Positions 9,823 through 21,000 of a stretch of 64,000 bases of DNA are shown here, in pieces. The notes under the pieces were generated by a model. The model was not told the origin of the DNA and made no database searches. It worked only from the letters and a program-made list of their open reading frames with translations. Position 1 is the stretch's first letter. The number at the start of each line of letters is the position of its first letter. Origin of the DNA: Anaerohalosphaeraceae bacterium (lineage in GTDB: Bacteria > Planctomycetota > Phycisphaerae > Sedimentisphaerales > Anaerohalosphaeraceae); NCBI GenBank assembly GCA_963675525.2, contig CAXXSL010000011.1, positions 1-64,000 on the forward strand. The letters run 5' to 3'. Position numbers and translations under genes: made by a program.

Positions 9823-12702
9823 TCATTCCAAATATGAACCGGAAATTTCATTCCATTTCCAGCAGGCTGTCCAGAACCAGTAATCATTGCAGAAAACCTT
9901 CAAGTCGGCCATGTCGATATTATATTGGCTGTCTAATGTCGTATCGAGATCGAATATTGGATTCCAGAACTGCTGCCATTGAAGAAATGTTTCAGGATCG
10001 ACGTAATTCGGGTCACCCATGTCATTGGGGTCCGTTGTAATCGCCGGATCATTGGGGTCATGTGACAGCCAAGCTACGGAAAAAGGTACAAACTCACTAT
10101 TATTAATCAACCCGTCCGCACTTAAATCCAGCGGGTTGTAAACATCATCCGCCGTTAAATCATCATCACAGGCATAAACCTCATCTGCTCCTATATCGAT
10201 AGAGATTCCATAGATCCTCGGCTCCCCATCAAGATCAAACTTATTGGGGTCGACCGGACTGTTGGGATCACCTGCATTCACACAGGGAGAATTATAGGCC
10301 AGATGGAAATTTTCATTATCGACATTCGGATATCCATACGCAAAATCGGGGTCAGAGCTGAGATTGAAATTAACATCGTTACAGTCCTGAACGCAACTGT
10401 AAAAGACTGCGGTCTCAAGATCAAACCCTGCAATCTGTTTCCCCGCGTTATTCCAGAGAATACAATTGAGTATGTCCGGAGGATCCCAACCGGCGAAATA
10501 AATTCCTTCGCCCGTATTGGATACAATTGTATTATTATGAACGATCAGATAGTTTGGATCCGTGTTTACCACATTTATGCCATAATAGGTATCCTCGGGA
10601 CCGCTACTCAATCCATTCCGGTAAATAAGTGAATTGTCAACCTGTATCACTGAGGAGTCGGCATAAATGCCGTCCTGCTGATTGTTATAAATCTTACTGT
10701 TCATCACCAATAGCGTATCGCCGTCGCCTGAATGATGGATGCCTTCCTCCAGATTGTTTGCAATCCGAGACCACGTTACTGTTAAATCTCCGTTCGATGA
10801 ATAAATACCTGATTGCCAATTGTTCTCAACAATGCAATTGTGGATCGAAAAGTCAGCATTTTCCCCCTTGATCCCGTGTTGTTGAGCAGACTTAACCGTA
10901 AATCCGTCCAGTTGGGACTGGTCTGCCATTGTCACAACAACTTGATTCCGCACCTCCTCTCCGGAAAACTCCTCGTCGATAATGCCGGCCAGAATAGTTC
11001 CATTGGCTGCCCAATTTCGCTGACTGCGAGCGGTCTCTGTTCCGTTAAAACCGCCGTAAATCGTCATGTTCTCGGGAACCTGAAAGGTATCCAGTTCCGC
11101 ATTTCCTGGTAAATAGGTTCCCTGAGCAACCCATATTTCCGACCCGCAACCTTGACTGGCTCTGGTCAATGCCTTGTTTAAGTTTACATAGGCGTTTTCC
11201 CAATTGATGCCGGAATTATAACCGGCCGCATTTTTATCAACGTAAATAATGCCTGGATCCCAACAGCAAACCAAAGTGTCCACCAGAACCTCTGCATACG
11301 AGTTATCGCTTTCGACTTCAGCCCAGTTTGTAATCTTACCGCCAGGCGGTGCTGCATCCAAAACCTGAACCGTAATTTCAAAGTACAGATTCGGGTCAGT
11401 TGGTCCATTCGGGTCCAATCCGGGCAAATTTCCGATATCCCATGCATAGGTATGGGTCAACGAATCATAAAAACCGGTATCCGGAACCGCCGAAACAAAC
11501 GCTGTTTGATCGGCCAGAATCTCTCTCACAACAACATTGTACTCATCGATCTTTCCCTGATGAAACGCGATCTTGTATGTCACCAATTCGTTCGGTTCCA
11601 CACAGACAATATTCGGATCCGGGATAACCTGCTCTTTATGAACATATAACTGGCTGGTCCAATAGTCCTTAAGGGTATACACAATACCTGCCGGGCCGGA
11701 AAGATTATTATTTGTGATCAATTGAGTGTACCCTGTTGTGTTTGGATCCGATGTCCATGTGAGTGTATCATAAACCTGTACGCTGGACAGACTCCCCAAT
11801 GTCGCTGCGAAAAGAGTCCCTGTGGCCGGATCTACATCCACTCCGGCTACAAAGGTAAAAGGCCCCATATAAACGCCAACCCTGCCGTCGATGGTACCAG
11901 GGGCGTTCAAATCGACCTGGTTTGAAGCGGTCAAAGATGTTCGGATGATATAGGGATGCTCATTGGCATTTTCATGATTATAACCTGTCGAATAAAGGTA
12001 TTTCGTTCCGGCACCATCATTATAAACCGCTATACCAACGGCAATCCTGCTTTGACCGTCCCACTCGATGGGGATTTCCCCGCCGTAAACAAGGTTCGGT
12101 TCATTTTGTTCGAACAAAAAATCAAAATATTTCACAACATCCTGGCTTTGACTGATATATATCCGCATTTCCACTTCATCGACACAAACGCCGAGAATGC
12201 CCCCGGTAACAGTAGGCATCTGAACTTCCACATTTTTTGTGAAGAGTTTGTTGACAGGATCATATTCAAGGATACGGATATTGGAATCGTAGCGTTCTGC
12301 AGCCAACAGACAGTTTGAGGCAGAACAAAAATCCATACCGGCAATCTCATTCTCAGTACCACCGCTCATAAATTCTGTGGCAACTGGTTCCATAGTTTTT
12401 GCGTTGACAACCTCGATAATATTGGCGCCGTCATAGCTGGCGAAAAGAAGATCATCATTTTCACTAATCGCCAAGTCAATCGCACCGCTGCCATTTGCTG
12501 GCAACTGATCATTATAATAGAGATCGAATGGGCCCCCATCGACCTGCCCATACCCTTGAACCGTACTGTCTGTGTGACGGGAAATGGCGAACACTGAATC
12601 CGCCTTTGTCATCGAATCGACGGCAAGAAAACAGCACATGACCATTACATAGAAATAGACACAAATCTTAGACGACACTTGACCGTTTCCCCGAAAATAC
12701 AT
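9823..12702 (-). CDS. Large secreted protein: beta-propeller-like N-terminus, DUF11-like domain, right-handed beta-helix, dockerin-like C-terminus
   Basis: Hydrophobic leader, GIIYVDKNAAGYNSGINWENAY and IWVAQGTY beta-helix cap, repeated N..xGI turns, FHLAYNSPCVNAG...IDIGADE, DLSADGLINNSEF...WL. Exact start uncertain. Confidence 0.75.
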   Translation of the reverse strand: MYFRGNGQVSSKICVYFYVMVMCCFLAVDSMTKADSVFAISRHTDSTVQGYGQVDGGPFDLYYNDQLPANGSGAIDLAISENDDLLFASYDGANIIEVVNAKTMEPVATEFMSGGTENEIAGMDFCSASNCLLAAERYDSNIRILEYDPVNKLFTKNVEVQMPTVTGGILGVCVDEVEMRIYISQSQDVVKYFDFLFEQNEPNLVYGGEIPIEWDGQSRIAVGIAVYNDGAGTKYLYSTGYNHENANEHPYIIRTSLTASNQVDLNAPGTIDGRVGVYMGPFTFVAGVDVDPATGTLFAATLGSLSSVQVYDTLTWTSDPNTTGYTQLITNNNLSGPAGIVYTLKDYWTSQLYVHKEQVIPDPNIVCVEPNELVTYKIAFHQGKIDEYNVVVREILADQTAFVSAVPDTGFYDSLTHTYAWDIGNLPGLDPNGPTDPNLYFEITVQVLDAAPPGGKITNWAEVESDNSYAEVLVDTLVCCWDPGIIYVDKNAAGYNSGINWENAYVNLNKALTRASQGCGSEIWVAQGTYLPGNAELDTFQVPENMTIYGGFNGTETARSQRNWAANGTILAGIIDEEFSGEEVRNQVVVTMADQSQLDGFTVKSAQQHGIKGENADFSIHNCIVENNWQSGIYSSNGDLTVTWSRIANNLEEGIHHSGDGDTLLVMNSKIYNNQQDGIYADSSVIQVDNSLIYRNGLSSGPEDTYYGINVVNTDPNYLIVHNNTIVSNTGEGIYFAGWDPPDILNCILWNNAGKQIAGFDLETAVFYSCVQDCNDVNFNLSSDPDFAYGYPNVDNENFHLAYNSPCVNAGDPNSPVDPNKFDLDGEPRIYGISIDIGADEVYACDDDLTADDVYNPLDLSADGLINNSEFVPFSVAWLSHDPNDPAITTDPNDMGDPNYVDPETFLQWQQFWNPIFDLDTTLDSQYNIDMADLKVFCNDYWFWTACWKWNEISGSYLE

Positions 12703-12810
12703 TTATGATGGCACGTTACACCGCGCAACCTACAAATCTGTCTGAAGCGCATAATAAAATATAATAATATACTCTTTTGTTATAATATCTTTCGGCGATT
12801 AGAAGTTGCT

Positions 12811-12839
12811 AATATACCACATATTGGCTCTTTTGTCAA
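12811..12839 (-). promoter_or_regulatory. Sigma70-type promoter for the 9823..12702 gene
   Basis: TTGACA-N17-TATATT on the minus strand, with TG upstream of the -10. Confidence 0.65.
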
Positions 12840-12930
12840 CAAATCAATGAGTCCCATAAAAAACAAGGCTCCTTATCTCATTTTATTGAAAGGACTTAGA
12901 TTCAACTGTCATTTTTTTAGAAAAATAAAT

Positions 12931-13863
12931 TTAGATCATTGACTCAACTAAAGATACCAATTCTCTGACGTGTGTGACCGATACCCCTAATTCACCGGTT
13001 TCTTTGTCGTTCAGATTCAACTGAATGACTTTTTCCACGCCGCCAGCTCCCAGCATCACCGGCACTCCTACAAATACGCCGCCAATGCCATATTCTTTGT
13101 CACAATATGCACAACAACTCACGATGCTTTTCTTGTCATGCAGGATTGACTCGGCCATTTTGACAGCCCCGGCCGCGGGGGCATAATAGGCGCTGGTTCC
13201 CATCAGGTTCACGATCTCGATACCGCCCTTACGTGCCCGTTCGATATGGGCATCAATTCGGTCCTGCGGCATCAGTTCAGGCAACGGAATTCCGGCAACG
13301 GATGTAAACCGCGGCAGCGGAACCATATCGTCGCCATGACCGCCCATTAGAACTCCCTGAATGTCGCCAATATCACATTTCAATTCTTCAGCGACAAAAC
13401 AGGCAAAACGTGCCGAGTCCAGCGCACCAGCCATCCCCATCACACGATTTTTCTCGAAACCACTGATCTTGGCGGCTACATGCGTCATGGCGTCCAGCGG
13501 ATTACATACCACAATGATAAAACTGTTCGGCGAGGTTCGCACGATCTGCTCGGTCACGGACTTGACAATGCCGGCATTTTTAGCCAGCAGATCATCCCGG
13601 CTCATCCCGGGCTTACGGGGCAAACCACTTGTGATAATAACAATATCGCTGTCGGCCGCCATTTCCCAGTCGGTTGTTCCGACAAGGCTGCCGGCGGATG
13701 CATAGACTCCTTTGGCCTGGGCCATATCCAGGGCCTTGCCTTCCGGCAGGCCTTTGACGATATCAATTAATACCACATCTCCCAATCCTTTTGAGGCCGC
13801 AATATGTGCCGCCGTTGCACCCACATTCCCAGCACCGACAACGGTGATCTTCGCCTTACTCAC
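12931..13863 (-). CDS. mdh: Malate dehydrogenase (LDH-like)
   Basis: GAGNVG, GLPRKPGMSRDDL, NPLDAM, LDSARF, GGHGD, SAYYAP. Confidence 0.97.
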   Translation of the reverse strand: MSKAKITVVGAGNVGATAAHIAASKGLGDVVLIDIVKGLPEGKALDMAQAKGVYASAGSLVGTTDWEMAADSDIVIITSGLPRKPGMSRDDLLAKNAGIVKSVTEQIVRTSPNSFIIVVCNPLDAMTHVAAKISGFEKNRVMGMAGALDSARFACFVAEELKCDIGDIQGVLMGGHGDDMVPLPRFTSVAGIPLPELMPQDRIDAHIERARKGGIEIVNLMGTSAYYAPAAGAVKMAESILHDKKSIVSCCAYCDKEYGIGGVFVGVPVMLGAGGVEKVIQLNLNDKETGELGVSVTHVRELVSLVESMI

Positions 13864-13888
13864 AATCTTCTCCTGTTGCAGTTGTTTC

Positions 13889-15415
13889 TTATTTATTCTG
13901 GCCGGCCTGTTTGTCCAGCATTCCTTTAAGCATCGTTCCCATCAGGGCGTCCGTTGTTGCCCCCGAACTGCCGCCGGAAACCATCACGTCCGGCGTAATT
14001 TGAATACTGTCTGTAGCGACCAGCTTCATGATCTCCAGCAACGCCGCATTCCCCGGCCCTACAACTTCCGACACCATTCTATACGCCTGCGCCTTGGCCT
14101 CGGCGACGAGTTTGATCTGTTCGGCTTCAGCCTCGGCGTTGATAATCACCATTTTCTTTTCTTCATCAGCAACCTTAACACCATAGGCGGCCGTCGCCAG
14201 ACGCTTTTCTTCTTCCGCTTCCTGGACAGTACGCATGAGCGCCTTTTCTTTTTCCGCCGCACGCTGCTGTTCCTCAAAAGTCAATTGTTCCTGCAAGGCA
14301 ATTTCACGATCCGTCAGGGTTTTCAATAATGTCCCCAGACTTGCTTCATCGCCCACAGTACCGATACTGACATCCAGAACCTTGATTCCATACTTTGCCA
14401 GATCCGCACGAAGCATCTCAAGACTTTGGTCCTGTTGGACGGTACGACTCTTGACATAATCCAGCGCTTTGACCTTTTCGGCATTATTTCTGAAAACAGC
14501 CCGCACACGGGGCGTTACCACTTTATCAAGAATCAGTTCGTCGTCACCAATCTCAGCCACGGCTTTCGGTGCATTTTCCGGCTCCACCTGATAGGTAATC
14601 CTGACATCGACGGGGAAGGTAAAGCCATCCTGACTTCTCACATCAATGGGTTTATTCGGCTGACCTATAGCCCGTTCCCCCTGCTCCATTTCCGGTGTGT
14701 AACTAACTTTAATCTGGCGAATATCGATAAGAGTAACTTCGTACGCTTCGGTATTGTAATAATATTTTCCTTCTCCCAGTGCCTTATTCCACACGCCCCG
14801 GCTGCCAACAGGCACCAATCGACTCTCCGTTTGCAGGCCAACGTTACTTTTGATGACCGCTACTTGACCGACCTTGACATTCAACACCGGAACCTGTTTG
14901 ACTTCAAACAGGGACGTATTCAATTTATAGTTGCCCGGCTTCAAGACCGTTAATTGCGGACCTTTGTAGCCATTGCCATCGGTCAGAAAATATTTAGCAT
15001 CCGCCATTTTGTCGGGGGTTTCCCATTCCGGAGCATAAACCGTACCCAACGGTAAGGATTTTCCATCTTTGGCCGTAATGAGTCCTACGAAACCATCCTG
15101 AATCTGAAGATCCTTCTTTTTATCAATTTTATACATCCATGGAAACTTCCAGAAATGCCAGCCGGGCATTAACATATCGGCCTGAATCCCGTTTTCGCCG
15201 TTGACGGCGATAATACGACCGGACGGCAATTTACGACCCAGCAATTTCTTCTGCACGATGCCCACTTCGTCCCCGGCAATGTTCACCGTTGAACTCAGGG
15301 CCAGAACGAGGATGACAACTAAAACGATAATTATCAAAACCCCTCCGCCGGCAAGTTTATTGAATCCTTTGACCCGCACCGGAACGCCATCCCAGTTCAT
15401 TTCATTTTTAGCCAT
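13889..15415 (-). CDS. SPFH/band 7 (flotillin-like) membrane protein
   Basis: N-terminal TM helix, repeated G.Q...L.PG units, SPFH core (VRSQDGFTFPVDVRI) and an A/E-rich coiled coil. Confidence 0.85.
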   Translation of the reverse strand: MAKNEMNWDGVPVRVKGFNKLAGGGVLIIIVLVVILVLALSSTVNIAGDEVGIVQKKLLGRKLPSGRIIAVNGENGIQADMLMPGWHFWKFPWMYKIDKKKDLQIQDGFVGLITAKDGKSLPLGTVYAPEWETPDKMADAKYFLTDGNGYKGPQLTVLKPGNYKLNTSLFEVKQVPVLNVKVGQVAVIKSNVGLQTESRLVPVGSRGVWNKALGEGKYYYNTEAYEVTLIDIRQIKVSYTPEMEQGERAIGQPNKPIDVRSQDGFTFPVDVRITYQVEPENAPKAVAEIGDDELILDKVVTPRVRAVFRNNAEKVKALDYVKSRTVQQDQSLEMLRADLAKYGIKVLDVSIGTVGDEASLGTLLKTLTDREIALQEQLTFEEQQRAAEKEKALMRTVQEAEEEKRLATAAYGVKVADEEKKMVIINAEAEAEQIKLVAEAKAQAYRMVSEVVGPGNAALLEIMKLVATDSIQITPDVMVSGGSSGATTDALMGTMLKGMLDKQAGQNK

Positions 15416-15540
15416 TTTTCCGTCTCCCTAACATAAAAAGGTTATCCTTATTTATCCCTAACCGTTGGATTATACCTCAAAGCCATTTCGATGCAACCTA
15501 ATTGAGGCAGGCAGGCAAAAACACCTTATAGCTACAAAGA

Positions 15541-15568
15541 TAGACGCTTTTGGGCAAAAACTGTTTCA
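15541..15568 (-). promoter_or_regulatory. ECF-sigma (SigW-like) promoter upstream of the SPFH gene
   Basis: TGAAAC-N16-CGTCTA on the minus strand. Confidence 0.65.
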
Positions 15569-15683
15569 AAAAAACCGGAGGCTTTGTGATTCTGCCTATA
15601 TATTCGAAAAAATGACCACTTTTTAGACTCTTTTTGCTTGAAATATCCGGCCTTCAGTTGTATTTTTATCAATCTTCTTTTGC

Positions 15684-15758
15684 GGCGGCGTAGCCAAGTG
15701 GACTAAGGCGACGGTTTGCAAAACCGTTATTTCGTGGGTTCGAATCCCACCGCCGCCT
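15684..15758 (+). tRNA. tRNA-Cys (anticodon GCA), CCA not encoded
   Basis: GGCGGCG/CGCCGCC acceptor stem, ACGGT-TTGCAAA-ACCGT anticodon arm, GGTTCGAATCC T-arm. Confidence 0.96.
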
Positions 15759-15871
15759 TGTTATTTTTCATGAGTCTTCAATACCCCGTCCCATAAAACA
15801 TCTTGATTCTACACTGAATCCTTTGTTTTCAGGTGATACGAAAAATTACTCGCTTTTTTATATCTCATTCC

Positions 15872-15900
15872 TTGACCAAAACTTACAAAAAAAATACAAT
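15872..15900 (+). promoter_or_regulatory. Sigma70-type promoter for the two-partner secretion operon, with an A8 tract in the spacer
   Basis: TTGACC-N17-TACAAT in an AT-rich intergenic region. Confidence 0.6.
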
Positions 15901-16100
15901 AATAACATACAAACGTGCCGAAGATAAGTTCTATGATATATCGTTATTTGTTTTAGTGTCATCTTTGCTATTTTTATAACTGTCTATATGTTGGAGTCGA
16001 AGGAGTCAACGGCATTCATGTTACGCACCATTTACATAACACTCCAGTTGATAAGGAATCAACAACAGAAAACAAGGTCTTAATTTCAAAGGGATAGGAC

Positions 16101-17987
16101 ATGACAGACCCAAAAAAATCAAAGCAAAAGAAAACAACTATTTTATTTTTGGCAAGTGTTCTTATTGCAACCAACAGCTTCCTGTTGTTGGCGGCAAGCA
16201 AACTGCCGGCTTCCAAAACAAAAGAACAGGAAATCCTTGAGCAAAAAGCATCCGAACAAGAAGAAGTGCAGACCAAAAATTACGCTGTGCCCACGAGAGT
16301 TCAGGAAGCAATTGCCCGTTTACCTGAAGACACAACGCTCCGCTTCACGATTCGGAAAATCGGATTAGACGGTAATGCACTCTTTACAACCGAACAACTT
16401 CTCAGTAATATACCGGCTGTTTACAATGCATCACCAACCGGCGACCTTGATGCTGATTATCTTTATGATCTTCGCCCTGTCCAGTTACTTGCAGCAGACC
16501 CCGCCGAACCTGTCGAAATTTCGGCAAGGTCAATTCAGGGTTTGACGCAATACATTCTTTCGGTCTATCAGAAAAAAAACTATGCCGGTATTTATGTCTA
16601 TGTTCCTGCAACGGCTTTTGAAGAAGGTCAGGAATTAGGAAACGGCATTTTACCCATTCGCATTTTAGAGGCCCCGGTCTCGGCGGTCACTTCGAACTAT
16701 TACGATGTTAACAATGTGTCCGTTGATACCGGCTATCTGAGCATTATTGCCCTTGAAAACTGGTCCCCCGTGAAAGCAGGGAAAGTCGCCAACCGCAAAG
16801 CACTGGATGATTATTTAAATCTATTGAATCTGAATCCAGACCGCTATGTCTCTGCGACCATCAGTCAGGGAACCGAACCTGAAACATTAGCGGTTGCCTA
16901 TAATGTTTACGAAGCCAATCCCTGGCACTTCTTTGCCCAGGTCGACAATTCCGGCACAAAAGATATTCGCTGGACGCCTCGCTTCGGTGTGATCAACACC
17001 AACCTGCTTGGCTTTGATGACAAACTGACAGCGATCTACCAAGTCCCGCTGGACAAGAGCTGGGATGATGAATACTCCATCTACGGCGCTTACGATTTCC
17101 CTGTCATGGGACCCACACTGAGACTGAATCTTTACGCGGGATATAATGAATTTGCAATTCACGATGCCGGATTGATTAATTTCCTCGGTCGCGGTGAATT
17201 TTACGGCGGTCGTCTGCGTTACAATGTCATCCAGAAAAAAGGGTGGTTCGTCGACGTCCTCGGCGGCCTCAGCTACCAAAGAAGCAAAGTAACGCCTTCA
17301 CTGTTCCCGGATGACCTTACGACCAGCATCTGGATGTACACATGGGATTATGGAATCGAAGTGTCGAAGTCGGATGATATGACCGACACGACTGTTGGAT
17401 ATACCCAGGAACGAAGTATTGATTCCTCGGACAAAGAAGAAATGAATCTTGCCCGGACCGGATCGGGGCCTCACTTTGTCATCAATACCGTCAGTGCACG
17501 GCACAGCCGGTATCTGGACGCTACGAAGATTCAGCGGTTGAGCGGATCATTCCGCTGGATTGACCCTGATGACCGACTGCCTTCGGCGAAGATGACTTCG
17601 TTCGGCGGCATGTACACCGTACGCGGATATGACGAATATGAAATTACCGCAGACGGCGGCATCCTGACATCTGTCCAATATGAATACGACATCGTTCGTA
17701 AGGCTCAGATGGAAATGTACGGCCAGGAGACGAGCGGCCAAGACCGTACACCTTTCATCAAAAAAATCGCTCCGCTGGCTTTCGTGGACTACGGAATTGC
17801 CAAGATAGAGAACCCGTCTGCAACGGAACATTATGATCGGGAACTGTGTTCCGTAGGCGGCGGCTGCATTGTAGAGTTGGGTAATAACTTCACGGGAACC
17901 GTTTATTACGGTTATCCGCTAATGAATACAGCAGATACACGTACCGGCAAAGGCCGTTTAAACGCAGGTTTCTTACTAAGGTGGTAA
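16101..17987 (+). CDS. TpsB (ShlB/FhaC/HecB family) outer-membrane transporter
   Basis: Signal peptide, POTRA-like region, DNSG and NLLGFDD motifs, GGMYTVRGY loop, AFVDYG, aromatic C-terminal residue. Lies directly before a TpsA gene. Confidence 0.93.
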   Translation: MTDPKKSKQKKTTILFLASVLIATNSFLLLAASKLPASKTKEQEILEQKASEQEEVQTKNYAVPTRVQEAIARLPEDTTLRFTIRKIGLDGNALFTTEQLLSNIPAVYNASPTGDLDADYLYDLRPVQLLAADPAEPVEISARSIQGLTQYILSVYQKKNYAGIYVYVPATAFEEGQELGNGILPIRILEAPVSAVTSNYYDVNNVSVDTGYLSIIALENWSPVKAGKVANRKALDDYLNLLNLNPDRYVSATISQGTEPETLAVAYNVYEANPWHFFAQVDNSGTKDIRWTPRFGVINTNLLGFDDKLTAIYQVPLDKSWDDEYSIYGAYDFPVMGPTLRLNLYAGYNEFAIHDAGLINFLGRGEFYGGRLRYNVIQKKGWFVDVLGGLSYQRSKVTPSLFPDDLTTSIWMYTWDYGIEVSKSDDMTDTTVGYTQERSIDSSDKEEMNLARTGSGPHFVINTVSARHSRYLDATKIQRLSGSFRWIDPDDRLPSAKMTSFGGMYTVRGYDEYEITADGGILTSVQYEYDIVRKAQMEMYGQETSGQDRTPFIKKIAPLAFVDYGIAKIENPSATEHYDRELCSVGGGCIVELGNNFTGTVYYGYPLMNTADTRTGKGRLNAGFLLRW

Positions 17988-18058
17988 AAACCAAGGTAAG
18001 ATGAAAATATATTGAATTGAATTGAAAAATTAAACTATTTTTTTCTGGGGAGAAAGAA

Positions 18059-21000
18059 ATGAAAACTCTTGTACAAATTCCGTCTAGACAGTTATTACAC
18101 AAAAGTATCGCATGCTTCCTGATCTTCAGCATGTTGTTTGTCGTACCGGCCCAGGTCACACTGGCAACCCCGACCAATGGCAATGTTGTCGATGGGCAGG
18201 CAGGTGTAAGCCAAATCGCTAACACGACAACTGTCGATGTGATGACATCAAATGCCGTCATTAATTGGGACAGTCTGGATACAACTTCTGCTGAAGTTCT
18301 CCAGTTCCTGCATGACGGCGGTCATTTTGCGGTTCTGAACAGAGTTGTTCAGGGCGGTATGACACAGTTCGATGGGTCCCTGTTCGGCAACCAAGGGACC
18401 ATTATTGTCGTCAATCCAAACGGCATCGCATTCGGCCCCACTGCCTTGGTCCAAGCGTATCAGTTCACCGCTTCTGCATTGAATATCTCCAATGAAGACT
18501 TCATGAACGGTGTATATCAGTTCGCCGGCGGCGGAATGGGTGACGTTTCCAACTATGGTCACATTAGCGCCGAACAAGTGGCGTTGATCGCTAAAAAAGT
18601 CCATAATTCCGGCACCATCAGCAGCCCCGGCGGGTTTACGATCATGGCTTCCGGCGACAGCGTATACCTCGGTTCTGAGGGCAGCAATGTTGTCGTCGAA
18701 GTTGCCGGCGTTACCGTACCGGACGGCGCAACGGAAGGTATCGGCGATGTTGTTAATGAAGGTACCATCGAGGCCATTGACGGTAAAATCATTATGGCCG
18801 CCGGCGATACCTACGTTCGAGCCATTGACGGTCTTGATACACTCACCGTGGCTGTTGCGTCCGGCACTGGGACCGTGCAGCAGCGCGGCACTTTAATCGC
18901 TGACGGCAGTGAAGGCAACGGCGGCAGCATTCAGTTGAGTGCCGCCTCTGAAGTCCTGTTCGCCGACGGCAGCGTGACCACCGCTAACGCCGGAGCAAAC
19001 GGCGACGGCGGCCAAGTCATTGCTTACTCTCCTGAACTCTTGACGTTCAGCGAAGGCGCTCTGATCGAAGCCAAAGGCGGCAGTGAAAGCGGCAACGGCG
19101 GTTTTGCTGAAGTGTCCGGTGTTGAAGGTATCTTCTTTGGCGGTGTTGCCGACCTGACCGCCGCTAACGGCGAAGACGGCATGCTGTTGATCGACCCGCG
19201 TAACATCACGATCAGTGATGCTGTAGCAAGTTATCACAATATCAACATCGGTCACCTGGAACATCAGTTAAACCACCATTCCAGTGTAACCGTTAACACC
19301 TCCAGCTATTCAGGCAATGAGGCGGGCGATCTAACCGTCAACGATGATATCAACTGGTATTCTCACAGGGACTTAACCCTGAAAGCCAAAACCGACCTAA
19401 CTGTCAACGATGCAATTACAAACACCGGGTCGGGCGACTTGACCCTTGAGGCAGGTCGACATATTACAATCAATGCGCCTATTAGTGTCGGCGACGATTT
19501 GGACCTGTTTGCTGACGCCAGCGGTAACGTTGTTGGCGATATGCATTCCGGTATCGGGGCCACCTTGCATGCAGGCGACGACATTGACATCAAAGGCAAC
19601 GAGATTATTTTAGGCGATGCCGTCAGTGCAGGCGACGACCTTACGATTACCGGAAGAGATTGTATTCCGGTTGAAAATGACTACGTATGGGGCGATGTCT
19701 GGGTTCTAAGCACGCTGGATGCCGGGGGTGATATTGATATATCTGTCACCGGCGAAGAAAAAATATTGATTCAAGAGGGCTACTATACTTACAAGTGGAT
19801 TTGTGGTCAGAGAAAGAAAGTCTGGGTCGATACCAGCTATTATGACTATATCTATCATCCGGGAACAATATATTTGTATGATGATGTTACCGCCGGATGC
19901 AACCTGTCACTTTTCAATAACACTTATACGGCCAATGGTGTGACCCTTCAGGCCGGCCGAAATGTCAATCTTGTAAATGATAATGCAGGTCCCACAAAGA
20001 AAGATAACGCCACCTTCCTGAAAGGGACGAAATGGCTGGAAATCATCGCCGGAGCCAAACCGGGTGTTACCGACGGCGAAATTCGTGCCGATAACACAGA
20101 GATCAGTGTCAGCGGAAGCACGTTAATCATGGAGCAGGACGTTACACTGAATACAAACGACTACCTGTTCGACAATCAAGAAAATACCGATCTGACACTT
20201 ATCAGTAATAACGGTTCTGTTATTTCAGATATGTCCAAAGCTGTCAATGCGGCGGACGAATGGGCATCTATCGGCGCAAGCGCCAAGTATCATGTCTTCC
20301 TTGAAGGCAATGGCAGTATTAAACTCGGTGACAGCGGAACTGATTCCACCAAGTCAGTTGTCACTCAAATTGGGGATATAGATGTTATCTCTGGTTACAA
20401 TGTTGACGCAACAAAAGATATTAAAGCCGGAGATGATATCCGCATTTCCGCCAAGCACGGCGTAAATCTTCAAGGGGCTGAATCCGGTGATGACATGACG
20501 ATCAAGGCTGACGTCGATAAGTACTGGGGCGAGAACGTCACCGCTAACGGCACACTTAATGCCGGCGGTGACATGACGCTGGAAGGCTCCAATGTGATTC
20601 TCAAGGACAGCGCCGAAGCCGGCGACACGATGGACATCCTGGCACACGGCCTTTACAGTCTCGACGGCAAAGCTCCGGGTTCTCTGGTTGGAAGCGGCGA
20701 CGTCCTCGTCGACGGTTCGCTGAAATCCGGCGGCAATATGACGGTTACGGCCATCAGGAAGACCGGCGGCCCGGCTAACGGCCCGACCTTTGACGGCGGT
20801 TCGGCACCGTACACTGCAACCGGCTCGATCCTGATTGACGGTAAAGCCGATGCAGGCGGCACCATGGACATGAACGCCGGGCATGACATCATCGTTAAAG
20901 GGGATACCCTCTCCGGCGGAAATATGACCATGAATGCCGGCGATGACATCCGCCTCAAACGGAATGTTAACTCCGGTGCAAATATTTATCTGGATGCCGA

